From Acidobacteriota bacterium (GTDB taxonomy: Bacteria > Acidobacteriota > UBA6911): DNA of 64,000 nucleotides. Shown here piece by piece: positions 50,563-60,605 of this stretch (the first letter of the stretch is position 1; each line of letters starts with the position of its first letter). The notes beneath the pieces were generated by a model. That model was not told where the DNA came from. It searched no databases and saw nothing but the letters and a program-made list of their open reading frames with translations. A program made the translations under genes and the position numbers. The stretch is from contig OY761556.1 in NCBI GenBank assembly GCA_963664705.1, positions 3,616,001-3,680,000 on the forward strand, read 5' to 3'.

Positions 50563-51259
50563 TCCTCGTTCAAGACTGATTGTGGCGCTGGATGTCCCGG
50601 ACCGGGCCTCGGCCATTAAAGCGGTAGAACAACTGTCCGGTCACGTCGGCTACTTCAAAGTTGGTCTGGAAATTTTTGCGGCCGAAGGACCGCGCCTGGT
50701 CCAGGAGATTCGTGATCGCGGCGAGAAGGTATTTCTGGATTTAAAGCTTCATGACATCCCGAACACCGTTGCCGGCGCCGTACGATCTGTCTGCAGGCTT
50801 GGAGTTCAGATGCTGACTGTCCATGCATCCGGCGGCCCCAAGATGCTGGCGGCAGCCTGCCAGGAGGCAAAATCCGCTGCAGCGCCACCCATGATTCTTG
50901 CCGTTACGGCCTTGACCAGTCTCTCCGAAACAGATATCAATGGGATGGGAATCCCGGGCGCAGTAGAACAGTGGGTTGAGCGCCTTGCCGCCACAGCCAG
51001 GGAAGCAGGCGTTCCGGGACTGGTAGCCTCGAGCAGCGAACTGATGATGCTTCACCGAAAATTCGGAAATGCGCTGCGATACATAATCCCGGGAATCAGG
51101 CCGGCCGGATCTGCAACGCAAGACCAGTCGCGTGTCGCGACACCAGGACAGGCCATCCGCGATGGTGCAGACTTCATCGTTGTAGGTCGGCCGATCATGC
51201 AGGCTCCGGACCCTGCTCAGGCCGCGGATGCCATCGTCAAGGAAATCGCTCAGGCCTGA
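50555..51259 (+). CDS. pyrF: Orotidine-5'-phosphate decarboxylase
   Basis: IVALD, FLDLKLHDIPNTV, PGIRP, VVGRPI. Confidence 0.96.
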   Translation: MSDPRSRLIVALDVPDRASAIKAVEQLSGHVGYFKVGLEIFAAEGPRLVQEIRDRGEKVFLDLKLHDIPNTVAGAVRSVCRLGVQMLTVHASGGPKMLAAACQEAKSAAAPPMILAVTALTSLSETDINGMGIPGAVEQWVERLAATAREAGVPGLVASSSELMMLHRKFGNALRYIIPGIRPAGSATQDQSRVATPGQAIRDGADFIVVGRPIMQAPDPAQAADAIVKEIAQA

Positions 51260-51287
51260 ACAAGGGACTCCGGCTCTCCCGGTACCG

Positions 51288-52130
51288 CTATGGATAGTAT
51301 TTTTCCTGCTTGATATCGAAATCGGCCAGGAAACCGCGCCCGGATAGAGTATTGACAACGATATCCACGGTGCCGGGATGACCGCAGACATAAACCGCAT
51401 GCGTTGCCGGACACATCAGCGTTGAAAGCATCTCTTTCACTGTACAGGCGAGATCCGGAGCCTCCCGTTTTTTACTTTCCGGTAGTTCCAGGATCGTTTC
51501 CGCACGCCCTGTCAGGCCTGTCCAGGAAGGGTTCATTAAAGGTCTGCTGATAGTCGGCAGATAAACGAGCGAGAGCTTCCGATTGGCATCCCCAAGACTC
51601 TCAGCCGCCAGCTTCTCCAATTCCTCGCGATAACCCAGGTGGCTTGGATAACTGACGCCGTGGATCAAATAGATCCTGCGCGGAAGAAAGAGTTCGGGGG
51701 CGTGCAAATAATCCTCATTCAGCTTGCGGATCATGCTGATAAACGGCGCCAGACCGGTTCCCGAGGCCACAAAAACAAGGTCGCGTAAATCGGCAGGATC
51801 CAGTGTGAAAATGCCGCGAGGCCCGGTAATAGCGGCCACTGTCCCGGGATCTCTGCGGCGCAACCCTTCAATGACTTCGGATTCAAATAAGGAAGGGGTC
51901 AGCGTCCCCTGTTTTACCAGGTTGATATAAAACTCAACATAGCGCTTTTCAGAGGGTGAGGAAGAAACCGTGTAGGGACGCGCGATCGTTTTCCCCCCAT
52001 GGGTCAGCCACAAAGTCGCATACTGGCCCGGGGCAAACAGGAAATCGCGTTCCAGGCTGAATCGGAAAATGGCCAATCCTTCGGATACTTCGATCCTCGA
52101 TTCCAGTTGCGCCGGTATTTTGTCGTCCAT
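51288..52130 (-). CDS. Ferredoxin--NADP(+) reductase-like flavoprotein
   Basis: F.PGQY, RPYTVSS, G.LTP.L, ASGTGLAPFISM, YVCG.P, C-terminal EKYY. Confidence 0.87.
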   Translation of the reverse strand: MDDKIPAQLESRIEVSEGLAIFRFSLERDFLFAPGQYATLWLTHGGKTIARPYTVSSSPSEKRYVEFYINLVKQGTLTPSLFESEVIEGLRRRDPGTVAAITGPRGIFTLDPADLRDLVFVASGTGLAPFISMIRKLNEDYLHAPELFLPRRIYLIHGVSYPSHLGYREELEKLAAESLGDANRKLSLVYLPTISRPLMNPSWTGLTGRAETILELPESKKREAPDLACTVKEMLSTLMCPATHAVYVCGHPGTVDIVVNTLSGRGFLADFDIKQEKYYP

Positions 52131-52143
52131 CCTTTGCACGCCA

Positions 52144-52839
52144 CTAGCTTCGCGCATTGTTGATAACTTCCCGAGCCCGACGAAAGATCGAGTGGAACAT
52201 GGGCCGCGTCAGCTTTCCGGTCTGAGTGTTTTGCTGGCTTGGATGATATGAAGCAATCAAAACCACATCGCCAGGCAGATTCCATTCTCCTCCATGGCTG
52301 AATTTGAGCTTTGCGGGCGCGGGAAGGCCGACGCTTTCCCGCCAGAGCCGGAGAAAACAGCGGAATGCGACCTGCCCCAGCGTCACAACCACTCTCTTGT
52401 TGCCGGCCAGTTGAAGCTCATGCAGAAGATATTCCCTGCAGTTCTCAATCTCAGACGGCAATAACTTATTTTCCGGTGGAGCACAGCGAGCGACGGCGGT
52501 TACCAGGCAATCGCGCAATTGCAATCCGTCCCGGATGCCGACAGACGAGGATTGATTGGCAAAACCAAAAGCATGCAGGGCTTCGTACAACCAGTCGCCG
52601 CTCCGGTCCCCAGTAAAAATGCGCCCGGTCCGATTACCTCCGTGCGCTGCCGGAGCCAGCCCGATTACTACCATTGCGCCATCGGGCATGCCAAACGCCG
52701 GCACTGGCCTTCCCCAATACTCCTCGTTCCGATATCTGCGAACCTTTTCGCAGGCAACGCGCTCCCGCCACTCGACCAGGCGAGGGCATCGACGACACTG
52801 CGTGATCTCATGTTCCAGTGCAAGGAAGTCCTTCTCCAT
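52144..52839 (-). CDS. Uracil-DNA glycosylase family 5 (UdgB-like, Fe-S)
   Basis: C..CPRL, GLAPAAHGGNRTGR.FTGD, HPSQQNT.TG. Confidence 0.9.
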   Translation of the reverse strand: MEKDFLALEHEITQCRRCPRLVEWRERVACEKVRRYRNEEYWGRPVPAFGMPDGAMVVIGLAPAAHGGNRTGRIFTGDRSGDWLYEALHAFGFANQSSSVGIRDGLQLRDCLVTAVARCAPPENKLLPSEIENCREYLLHELQLAGNKRVVVTLGQVAFRCFLRLWRESVGLPAPAKLKFSHGGEWNLPGDVVLIASYHPSQQNTQTGKLTRPMFHSIFRRAREVINNARS

Positions 52840-52911
52840 CAAACTAAGAGTAGCACAGCCTCAGGAACCACTAACCATGTACCACCAACAACTGGTACTA
52901 TGGATAGCTCC

Positions 52912-54333
52912 ATGGGAAACAACAGTGATTTAACAATCGCGCGGCTGGCGCCACTGATTCGGAACAAAAAGGTATCGCCCGTCGAGCTCACGAAGTACTT
53001 CCTGAAGCGGATTGAAGAGCTTCAGCCGTCTATCAACGCGTATATCACGGTAACGCCAGAGGCAGCTCTAAGCCAGGCTCGGCGTGCGGAACGCGAAATC
53101 ATGAAGGGCACCTACCGCGGAGCGCTCCATGGAATCCCGATCAACTTAAAGGACCTTTTCCTTACCCAGGGCATCCCCACCACCGCGGGGTCCAAAGTGC
53201 TGAGCCGGTTTATCCCTGATTCCAATGCGGTGATCGTGGACCAGCTACTCGACTCCGGATGCATCATCCTGGGGAAGACCAACATGCACGAGTTTGCCTT
53301 CGGCTCCACCAACCTGCATTCGCACTATGGACCGGTATGCAACCCCTGGAATCTCAGCCACATTTCGGGCGGATCCAGCGGGGGAAGCGCCGCTTCCATC
53401 GTTTCCGCGCAATCACTCGCATCCTTCGGAACCGATACGGGCGGATCTATTCGTATCCCGGCGGCGGCGTGCGGATGCGTTGGATTCAAGCCCAGCTATG
53501 AAAGAGTCTCGTTGAACGGCGTCATCCCACTATCGTCAAGTCTTGATCACGCAGGTCCACTCAGCCGCTGTGTTCTGGATGCAGCAATTCTGCTTGATGC
53601 CATTGCCGACCTGACGCTGGAGCAGGATACCAACCGCCTGATTCGAGCAGTTCGCAGCGGGATACGGTCCCTGGTGATTGGCGTGCCACGGCAATACTTT
53701 TTTGATCGCATTCATCCCGAAGTGCGCCGGTGTGTGCTGACCGCCATCGGCGAGTTCAAGCAACTGGGAGCAAAAGTTTGCGAAGTCACATTGAAAGGAA
53801 CAGAGGAGACCGCTCGCATCGCGGCGGATATCACCGGAGCTGAAGCGTACGCCTTCCACGAAAAATGGCTTCGATCCAGGCCCGGAGATTATGGGAAAGA
53901 CGTACGATCCCGGCTGGAACAAAGCCAAGGAATGACAGCCGCGGCCTACATTAAGTCGATACAGGACAGGCTTGCTTACAGCCGCGATTTCGACCAGGCA
54001 TTCGAGTCGGTGGATTTGATCGCCGGGCCGACGCTCCCAGTCGCAGCGCCGCCGATGAGCGATCGTGACACCCAAATCGGCAGAACGCGCGAAGAAGTTC
54101 GCACGGCAATGCTCCGGTTAACCCGTCCGGGAAACCTGTCCGGGTTGCCTGCCATTTCTGTTCCTTGCGGATTTACCAAAGAAAAGCTCCCGGTGGGCCT
54201 TCAATTGATCGGCCGGCGATTTGATGAAATGACCGTGCTCCGGGCGGCCTATGCTTTTGAATCAGCGACTACATGGCACAAATATTTTCCGGAAGACAGT
54301 GGTAAGAAGCAGGCAGCCGGAAGCCGGAAGTAA
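52912..54333 (+). CDS. Amidase signature family protein
   Basis: G.LHGIP..LKD, GKTNMHEFA.G, GGSSGGSA, GTDTGGSIRIPA. Confidence 0.9.
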   Translation: MGNNSDLTIARLAPLIRNKKVSPVELTKYFLKRIEELQPSINAYITVTPEAALSQARRAEREIMKGTYRGALHGIPINLKDLFLTQGIPTTAGSKVLSRFIPDSNAVIVDQLLDSGCIILGKTNMHEFAFGSTNLHSHYGPVCNPWNLSHISGGSSGGSAASIVSAQSLASFGTDTGGSIRIPAAACGCVGFKPSYERVSLNGVIPLSSSLDHAGPLSRCVLDAAILLDAIADLTLEQDTNRLIRAVRSGIRSLVIGVPRQYFFDRIHPEVRRCVLTAIGEFKQLGAKVCEVTLKGTEETARIAADITGAEAYAFHEKWLRSRPGDYGKDVRSRLEQSQGMTAAAYIKSIQDRLAYSRDFDQAFESVDLIAGPTLPVAAPPMSDRDTQIGRTREEVRTAMLRLTRPGNLSGLPAISVPCGFTKEKLPVGLQLIGRRFDEMTVLRAAYAFESATTWHKYFPEDSGKKQAAGSRK

Positions 54334-54399
54334 AGAATCCATTTCTGATTTCTGTCTTCCGTCTTCTTGCATTCAGCTACTTGCACCAAACTTTATCTC

Positions 54400-55434
54400 A
54401 TGGACGAAACGCCCCTGATCAGCGTGGTTGTGGTGAACTGGAATGGGATTTCCTTTCTTCCGGGCTGCCTTGGCTCGCTTGAGAAACAAACCTGGAAAAA
54501 CCTGGAATTCATCATCGTCGACAACGGCTCCACGGATGGGAGCACGGAGCTGATTCGTGCCTGGACCGAACGCATCCCAAAGGCACAACCGCTCTTTCTC
54601 AAAAGAAACACCGGCTTCTGCGAAGGCAATAATCTCGGGATCGCAAAAACCCGTGGAGAATGGATTGCGCTTCTGAACAACGACGCAATAGCAGAGCCGG
54701 ACTGGATAGAACGGCTGGTCAGTCACGGGGATGCTGCCAACAAAATTGGAATGCTGGGGAGCAAAATCCTATTTGTCGATCCGGCCAATGTCATCGATAA
54801 GGTGAGCCACCTTATTTACTGGGATGGGCAGAACCGCGGGCGCGGCACCATGGAAATCGATGCCGGGCAATACGATAAAGATGAAGAAATACTCTGGCCT
54901 GACGCATGCGCCGCACTGTATCACCGCCGCCTGTTCGAGGAAACGGGGGGATTTGATGAAAGCTTCTTTGCTTTCGGCGACGATGCCGACCTGGGAATGC
55001 GAGCTCGTCTGCTTGGATGGACAGCCTGGTATGTACCCCAAGCCGTCGTGCATCACCTTCATTCTGCAACGGCCGGAGTATACTCCCCTCTCAAAGTAAT
55101 GCTGGTGGAACGCAACCGGCTGCTTCTCGCCCTGAAGAATTTTTCACTCCCGCTGCTTCTTGCGAATCCCTATTGGTCGATCCGCCGTGTTCTGTGGCAC
55201 GTGTATGCCGCATCCAAGGGTCAGGGAGCCTCAGGACAGTTGGTTGCCTCCCAGGGCTGGGTAAGAACCCTGGGCATCATGATCTGGGCGCATCTGAGTG
55301 CCATGAAGAATCTGCCGTCCGCATTGAAGAACAGGCGGAAGATACAGCGGACGAAGCGCCTGTCGAACAGAGAGGTGCAGGCGTTGCTGCGCCGCTTCCA
55401 GATTGACCTCCGTCAACTGACTCTCCGCGATTGA
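54400..55434 (+). CDS. Glycosyltransferase family 2
   Basis: SVVVVNWNG, VDNGSTDG, N.G, LLNND, GGFDE.FF...D.DL..R. Confidence 0.9.
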   Translation: MDETPLISVVVVNWNGISFLPGCLGSLEKQTWKNLEFIIVDNGSTDGSTELIRAWTERIPKAQPLFLKRNTGFCEGNNLGIAKTRGEWIALLNNDAIAEPDWIERLVSHGDAANKIGMLGSKILFVDPANVIDKVSHLIYWDGQNRGRGTMEIDAGQYDKDEEILWPDACAALYHRRLFEETGGFDESFFAFGDDADLGMRARLLGWTAWYVPQAVVHHLHSATAGVYSPLKVMLVERNRLLLALKNFSLPLLLANPYWSIRRVLWHVYAASKGQGASGQLVASQGWVRTLGIMIWAHLSAMKNLPSALKNRRKIQRTKRLSNREVQALLRRFQIDLRQLTLRD

Positions 55435-55525
55435 TTTTGCAGTGGCTCCTCGCAGCAGCGTGGATGGCAAAACCTGAAAACTTGAAACTTGCATCGCCAG
55501 GCAGCGCTTGTGCTATCTTTTTTGC

Positions 55526-57160
55526 ATGAAAATAGCATTGGCGCAGGTAAACACGGTTGTCGGGGATGTTGGCGGCAATCGCGACCGCGTGCTCGGAATC
55601 ATGAAAAAGGCAAGGTCTCTGCATGCAGATATCACTGTTTTTCCGGAATTGTGCCTCACGGGGTACCCACCGCGCGACCTGCTTGGAATGCACGGTTTTG
55701 TCGAGCTGAACCTTCAGGCACTTCAGGACATTGCATCCCAAACAGATAAAATGGGTGTCGTCCTCGGTTTTGTCGACCGCAATCCGAACCAAGAAGGTCG
55801 CGATTTCCACAATTCTGCAGCCTTTCTCGCCGAAGGAAAAGTTCAGGCGGTTGTCCACAAAACGCTTCTCCCGACCTACGATGTTTTCGATGAAGACCGT
55901 TACTTCCAACGTTCAGATCGCGTGGAGGTTGTGCGCTTCCGCGGCCGCACGCTAGGAATTTCGATTTGTGAAGATGCCTGGAATTCGGAGGACTTCTGGC
56001 CCAAACCTCTGTACGCCACGGATCCTATACGGAACCTGATTGAAAAAGGAGCCGACCTGCTCATCAACATTTCGGCATCGCCGTTTGAGATAGACAAGCC
56101 GAAACTCCGATACAAGATGCTGCAGGATCACGTTCAGAAGCATCGAGTTCCGCTCGTATATGTCAACCTGGTCGGAGGAAATGACGATCTCCTCTTCGAT
56201 GGCAATAGCCTCGTTCTTGGCAAGAATGGGAATGTAATCGCCCAAGGAAAGAGCTTCGAGGAAGACCTCCTGATCGTCGATTCAGAAACACAGGAAGACA
56301 GGGGGTACCGCATGGGGGAACCGCTGCAGGACCTCTTTCGTGCCCTTGTCATGGGAACCGCGGATTATGCAGGCAAGTGCCGTTTTACTACCGCGGTTCT
56401 CGGGCTCAGCGGCGGCATCGATTCATCCGTTGTAGCCTGTATCGCAGCGGAAGCATTGGGACCGCAGAATGTAATGGGAGTGTCCATGCCCTCCGTGTAC
56501 TCCGCACAGGAAAGCTTCGACGATGCGCGCGCGCTGGCAAATAACCTGGGAATCCGATTCGAGTCCATTCCCATCCGCCCGCTGTTCGATCAGTTCGAAA
56601 ATTCCATGGCACCCCTATTTGCAGGACATTCTCCGGATGAAACGGAGGAAAACCTGCAGGCACGGATTCGCGGAACCATCCTCATGGCCCTATCCAACAA
56701 ATTCGGACATCTCGTTCTTGGTACAGGAAACAAATCAGAATTATCTGTCGGGTATTGTACCCTTTACGGTGATATGGCGGGCGGCCTGGCCGTGATTTCG
56801 GACGTGCCCAAAACGATGGTCTACCAACTGGCCGGGTTCATCAACAGAAAGAGAGAAATCATCCCACGAAACGCCATCGCACGCCCTCCTTCAGCGGAAC
56901 TGCGACCAGACCAGACCGACCAGGACAGTCTACCCCCATATGAAATTCTGGATGGCATTCTGCACCTGCGGATCGAAGAACAGAAGAGTTTGGATGAAAT
57001 CATTTCCGACGGCTATGAACGGAGCGTCGTCGAAAAAGTCGCTCGCCTGGTTCATATCAATGAATACAAGCGAAGGCAAGCTGCAACTGGATTGAAGGTA
57101 ACGACTCGGGCATTCGGAACGGGCCGGCGAATGCCGATTGCATCCATAGTCAGTATTTAG
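55526..57160 (+). CDS. nadE: Glutamine-dependent NAD+ synthetase
   Basis: Nitrilase domain (FPEL, K..LP.Y.VFDE.RYF, ICED) plus LGLSGGIDS, ENLQARIRG, GNKSE. Confidence 0.95.
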   Translation: MKIALAQVNTVVGDVGGNRDRVLGIMKKARSLHADITVFPELCLTGYPPRDLLGMHGFVELNLQALQDIASQTDKMGVVLGFVDRNPNQEGRDFHNSAAFLAEGKVQAVVHKTLLPTYDVFDEDRYFQRSDRVEVVRFRGRTLGISICEDAWNSEDFWPKPLYATDPIRNLIEKGADLLINISASPFEIDKPKLRYKMLQDHVQKHRVPLVYVNLVGGNDDLLFDGNSLVLGKNGNVIAQGKSFEEDLLIVDSETQEDRGYRMGEPLQDLFRALVMGTADYAGKCRFTTAVLGLSGGIDSSVVACIAAEALGPQNVMGVSMPSVYSAQESFDDARALANNLGIRFESIPIRPLFDQFENSMAPLFAGHSPDETEENLQARIRGTILMALSNKFGHLVLGTGNKSELSVGYCTLYGDMAGGLAVISDVPKTMVYQLAGFINRKREIIPRNAIARPPSAELRPDQTDQDSLPPYEILDGILHLRIEEQKSLDEIISDGYERSVVEKVARLVHINEYKRRQAATGLKVTTRAFGTGRRMPIASIVSI

Positions 57161-57245
57161 TGGGCGGTGGGCAGTGGGCAATGGGTGGTTAAGTTGACAA
57201 ATAGAGATTACCAATCTTTGACTTGAATACTGCCGACTGCCGACT
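57159..57245. repeat. Heptamer-repeat hairpin (GGCAGTG/ACTGCCG units)
   Basis: AGTGGGC-GGTGGGC-AGTGGGC ... ACTGCCG-ACTGCCG-ACT enclosing an inner AGAGATT-acc-AATCTTT stem. Confidence 0.6.
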
Positions 57246-57259
57246 CAAGGAGAGATAAC

Positions 57260-58696
57260 GTGTTTACGAGAGCTTTGCTTACCGATTTCTACGAACTGAC
57301 AATGGCGGCAGCCTATCTTGAACAGGGGAAAGCAGCCGACACCGCAACCTTCGACCTCTACTACCGGCACAACCCCTTCAACGGAGGGTATGGAATTGCC
57401 GCTGGTCTTGAGGATGCTGTCCGCGCCGTCCTGGACACTGCGTTTGGCAAAGATGATCTTCAGTTCCTGAGATCACTGAAATCCTCGACGGGCGCGCCCG
57501 CTTTTTCGGAGGACTTCATTCAATATCTTGCAGCCTATCGTTTTAGCAGCAATATCCGTGCGGTTCCGGAAGGTACCGTCATATTCCCGAATGAACCAAT
57601 CGTACAGGTTAGCGGCAACCTGATGGAATGCCAACTGGTCGAGACCATTCTGCTGTGCCACGTCAACTTTCAGACTCTCGTGGCAACCAAAGCAGCCCGT
57701 ATATGGGAAGCCGCCAATCACGGCACCGTCATCGAATTCGGGCTGCGTCGAGCGCAGGGGCCCGACGGCGCTTTGAGTGCATGCAGAGCGGCCTATGTTG
57801 GAGGCGCGGATGCCACTTCAAACGTTCTCGGCGCCGCAATGGCCGGGATTCCGGCGCGTGGCACCCATGCCCACAGCTGGATACAAGCCTTTGGCTCTGA
57901 ACTTGATGCGTTCAGGGCTTATGCCCATTCGTTTCCGGATGATTGCACGCTTCTTGTCGATACCTATAACACGCTGAAAAGTGGTGTGCCGAATGCCATC
58001 AAGATTGCGAAGGAGCTTGAATCCAAAGGACGACGACTTGCAGGCATCCGAATTGACAGTGGGGATTTGGCGTTCCTGAGTGCCAGATCCCGTCAAATGC
58101 TCGATGATGAAGGATTGCCTTACGTAAAGATCGTCGCCTCCAATGAACTGGATGAATTTATCATCTCTGACATCCTGGCGCAGGGCGGAAAAATCGACAT
58201 CTGGGGCGTCGGCACAAATCTTGTAACCGGATCCGGTCCCGGAGGCTGTGCCTTGGGCGGCATTTACAAAATGGTGGAGCACAATGGCCGGCCCAAAATC
58301 AAGCTGAGCTCCAATCCGGAGAAAATGACAAATCCCGGCGCAAAAAGGGTGGTCCGATTTCATGACCGGGACGGTTTGATGGATGCCGATGCTTTGGCCG
58401 ACCAGTCCGAAGATCTGCGCAGCGCGGAAGTGCTCATCATCGATCCCAACAATCCGCTGCGTCGTAAAAGATTGAATTCGGACAAGCGGGTAGAATTGCT
58501 TCAGCCTGTTGTCGTATCCGGGCAGAAGGTCGGAGAATTTCCTTCGCTGGATCAGATTCGCAGCCACCGGATGGACCAACTGGCGCACCTGCACGAGAGC
58601 CACCGTCGACTTCACAATCCGCATGAATACAAGGTCGGGCTCACGCATGTTTTGTGGCAGCAGAAGGAAAATATGCTGAACCAGGAAACTGTCTAG
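57260..58696 (+). CDS. pncB: Nicotinate phosphoribosyltransferase
   Basis: LLTDFYELTM, EFGLRRAQG, GTHAHSW, LVDTY, RIDSGDL. Confidence 0.93.
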   Translation: MFTRALLTDFYELTMAAAYLEQGKAADTATFDLYYRHNPFNGGYGIAAGLEDAVRAVLDTAFGKDDLQFLRSLKSSTGAPAFSEDFIQYLAAYRFSSNIRAVPEGTVIFPNEPIVQVSGNLMECQLVETILLCHVNFQTLVATKAARIWEAANHGTVIEFGLRRAQGPDGALSACRAAYVGGADATSNVLGAAMAGIPARGTHAHSWIQAFGSELDAFRAYAHSFPDDCTLLVDTYNTLKSGVPNAIKIAKELESKGRRLAGIRIDSGDLAFLSARSRQMLDDEGLPYVKIVASNELDEFIISDILAQGGKIDIWGVGTNLVTGSGPGGCALGGIYKMVEHNGRPKIKLSSNPEKMTNPGAKRVVRFHDRDGLMDADALADQSEDLRSAEVLIIDPNNPLRRKRLNSDKRVELLQPVVVSGQKVGEFPSLDQIRSHRMDQLAHLHESHRRLHNPHEYKVGLTHVLWQQKENMLNQETV

Positions 58697-58707
58697 GAAC
58701 GGGACCG

Positions 58708-58753
58708 AGATGATTTGTGAAATCAAGGGCTGCCCCGATTTCACAAATCATCT
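58708..58753. terminator. Perfect 17-bp inverted repeat after pncB (terminator-like hairpin)
   Basis: AGATGATTTGTGAAATC / GATTTCACAAATCATCT; no U-tract. Confidence 0.6.
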
Positions 58754-58842
58754 GGAATCCCAGGGCTCGCAAAGCCATCCCACATGCCTCTATATCGCCG
58801 TATGTTCGTGGCGGTACAATTGAAGAATGGAGGAGGCAGCAC

Positions 58843-59613
58843 ATGGCCCCCACCTTCCCAAAGATCATCATCGTTCTCCTGGTCAGCCCATTTTTCTCTT
58901 TTTGTCATGGAGGATGCTCCGTGAATCCGTTTGTTGCAGCACAGAAGACACAACGGGAAAACCCGGCCGCTGAAAGCGAGTATGCAAAACGCCGCCAGCG
59001 GATGGTTCAAGAACAGCTTCAGAGAAGGGATATCACCGATGAGCGGGTACTTGCGGCAATGCTCAAGGTCCCCAGACACGAGTTTGTTCCCCGAGAACTG
59101 ATAGATTCGGCATACGAAGACAATGCGCAGCCGCTAATTCTGGGGCAAACGATCTCGCAGCCGTACATCGTGGCATACATGACGCAGGCATTGGATCTTC
59201 GTGGAACCGAAAGGGTGCTTGAAATCGGCACCGGTTCCGGCTACCAGGCCGCGGTTCTCGCCAGCATCGTGCCCGAAGTGTATACAATCGAGATTCTGCC
59301 GGCGTTGCAGGAACGCGCTAAAGAGATTCTGTCCAGGTTGGGGTATGGAAACATCCATTATCGTGTTGGGGACGGATATATTGGCTGGCCCGAATGCGCT
59401 CCCTTCGATCGAATAATCGTCACGGCAGCCCCTGAGGACATCCCGCAGCCACTGATGGATCAGCTCAAGGAGGGTGGGAAGCTAGTGATTCCAATCGGTT
59501 CGATGAGGCAGGATCTGATCGTGGTGACCAAGGAGAAATCGGGAATTATCCGTCGAGCGACAATCGGTGTCCGGTTTGTGCCGATGACAGGAATCGCGAG
59601 CGAAAAGAAATAG
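58843..59613 (+). CDS. pcm: Protein-L-isoaspartate O-methyltransferase
   Basis: VPRHEFVP, GQTISQPYIVA, VLEIGTGSGYQAA, APFD.I.VTAA, VRFVPM; alternative GTG start at 58921. Confidence 0.93.
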   Translation: MAPTFPKIIIVLLVSPFFSFCHGGCSVNPFVAAQKTQRENPAAESEYAKRRQRMVQEQLQRRDITDERVLAAMLKVPRHEFVPRELIDSAYEDNAQPLILGQTISQPYIVAYMTQALDLRGTERVLEIGTGSGYQAAVLASIVPEVYTIEILPALQERAKEILSRLGYGNIHYRVGDGYIGWPECAPFDRIIVTAAPEDIPQPLMDQLKEGGKLVIPIGSMRQDLIVVTKEKSGIIRRATIGVRFVPMTGIASEKK

Positions 59614-59657
59614 CCCGCAACTTCACCCGAAAAATCGCGGATATCCTTGCGGCCGAA

Positions 59658-60566
59658 TTACAGGATCTTTTCGCCCAACGCCGACAGAATCAGCTCGCAG
59701 CCCAGAATGGCGGTAGAATTCTGGTGGTCGAGAATCGGATTGACCTCCACAACATCCAGCGCAACCATGCTCTGACTGTCCGCCACCATTTCCATTACCA
59801 GGTGCGCTTCTCTGTAGGATAATCCTCCCCGGACCGGAGTTCCCACTCCCGGTGAGACGGAGGGATCTACTCCATCCATATCAAATGATACATGCAGGGC
59901 AGCCCCGTCGCTGCATATGGCTTCGAGCGCTCTTTCCATAACGACGGCCATTCCATGCCGGTCGATATCTTTCATCGTATAGGCGTGGACACCAGATTGC
60001 AGGACCAGTTCCTTTTCACGCTCGTCGAGGTTGCGCAGTCCGACAACAGCACACCGGGCGGGGCTGACTTTGGGACTGAAGTCTCCAATGCTCACAAGTT
60101 CCGGCGGCCCCTGCCCGAGCACACATGCCAGCGGCATGCCATGCACGTTTCCGCTGATGGTAGAGTCGGGCGTGTTCATATCGCCGTGAGCATCAACCCA
60201 CAGAAGCGCCAGGGGACGATCCCGTTCACGCATGGCACTGGCCGTTCCCGCAATGGAGCCGGCAGCCAGGCTGTGATCGCCGCCAAGACTCAAGGCGATG
60301 TGTCCAGCCAATACACTCTCACGAACCTTCAGGAAAAGAGCCTGGCACGCCGCCCCGATCTCCCGGGCATACCGCGCTCTCTGATCCTGGACCCCGATAA
60401 GCTCAGGAATCGGAACAAGTATGTTTCCCAGATCGTTGACCTGATACCCGAGTTTGCTGATGCGCTGACCGATGTTGGCAATGCGGAAAGCGGAGGGGCC
60501 CATGTCGACACCTCGTCTTCCGGCTCCGAGATCCAATGGAACGCCGCAGATATCAACAATTTTCAT
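59658..60566 (-). CDS. rocF: Arginase
   Basis: GRRGVDMGPSA, GGDHS, DAHGD.NTP...SGNVHGMP, SFD.D..DP..PGVGTPV.GG, VEVNP. Confidence 0.93.
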   Translation of the reverse strand: MKIVDICGVPLDLGAGRRGVDMGPSAFRIANIGQRISKLGYQVNDLGNILVPIPELIGVQDQRARYAREIGAACQALFLKVRESVLAGHIALSLGGDHSLAAGSIAGTASAMRERDRPLALLWVDAHGDMNTPDSTISGNVHGMPLACVLGQGPPELVSIGDFSPKVSPARCAVVGLRNLDEREKELVLQSGVHAYTMKDIDRHGMAVVMERALEAICSDGAALHVSFDMDGVDPSVSPGVGTPVRGGLSYREAHLVMEMVADSQSMVALDVVEVNPILDHQNSTAILGCELILSALGEKIL

Positions 60567-60605
60567 GGCAATGATTTTACTGCCGGGAAAGGGATGACAG
60601 CAAGG

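Noticed and set aside
52519-52911. N-terminal extensions given by the ORF track for the amidase, and likewise at 14477, 25779, 60710 and 61792
   Set aside because: They overlap neighbouring genes or promoter regions; downstream starts have better RBS or -10 context and match where the domains begin
57161-57259. NAD+ riboswitch or NrtR site before pncB
   Set aside because: The sequence is explained by a heptamer-repeat hairpin; I recognised no nadA-motif consensus or NrtR palindrome
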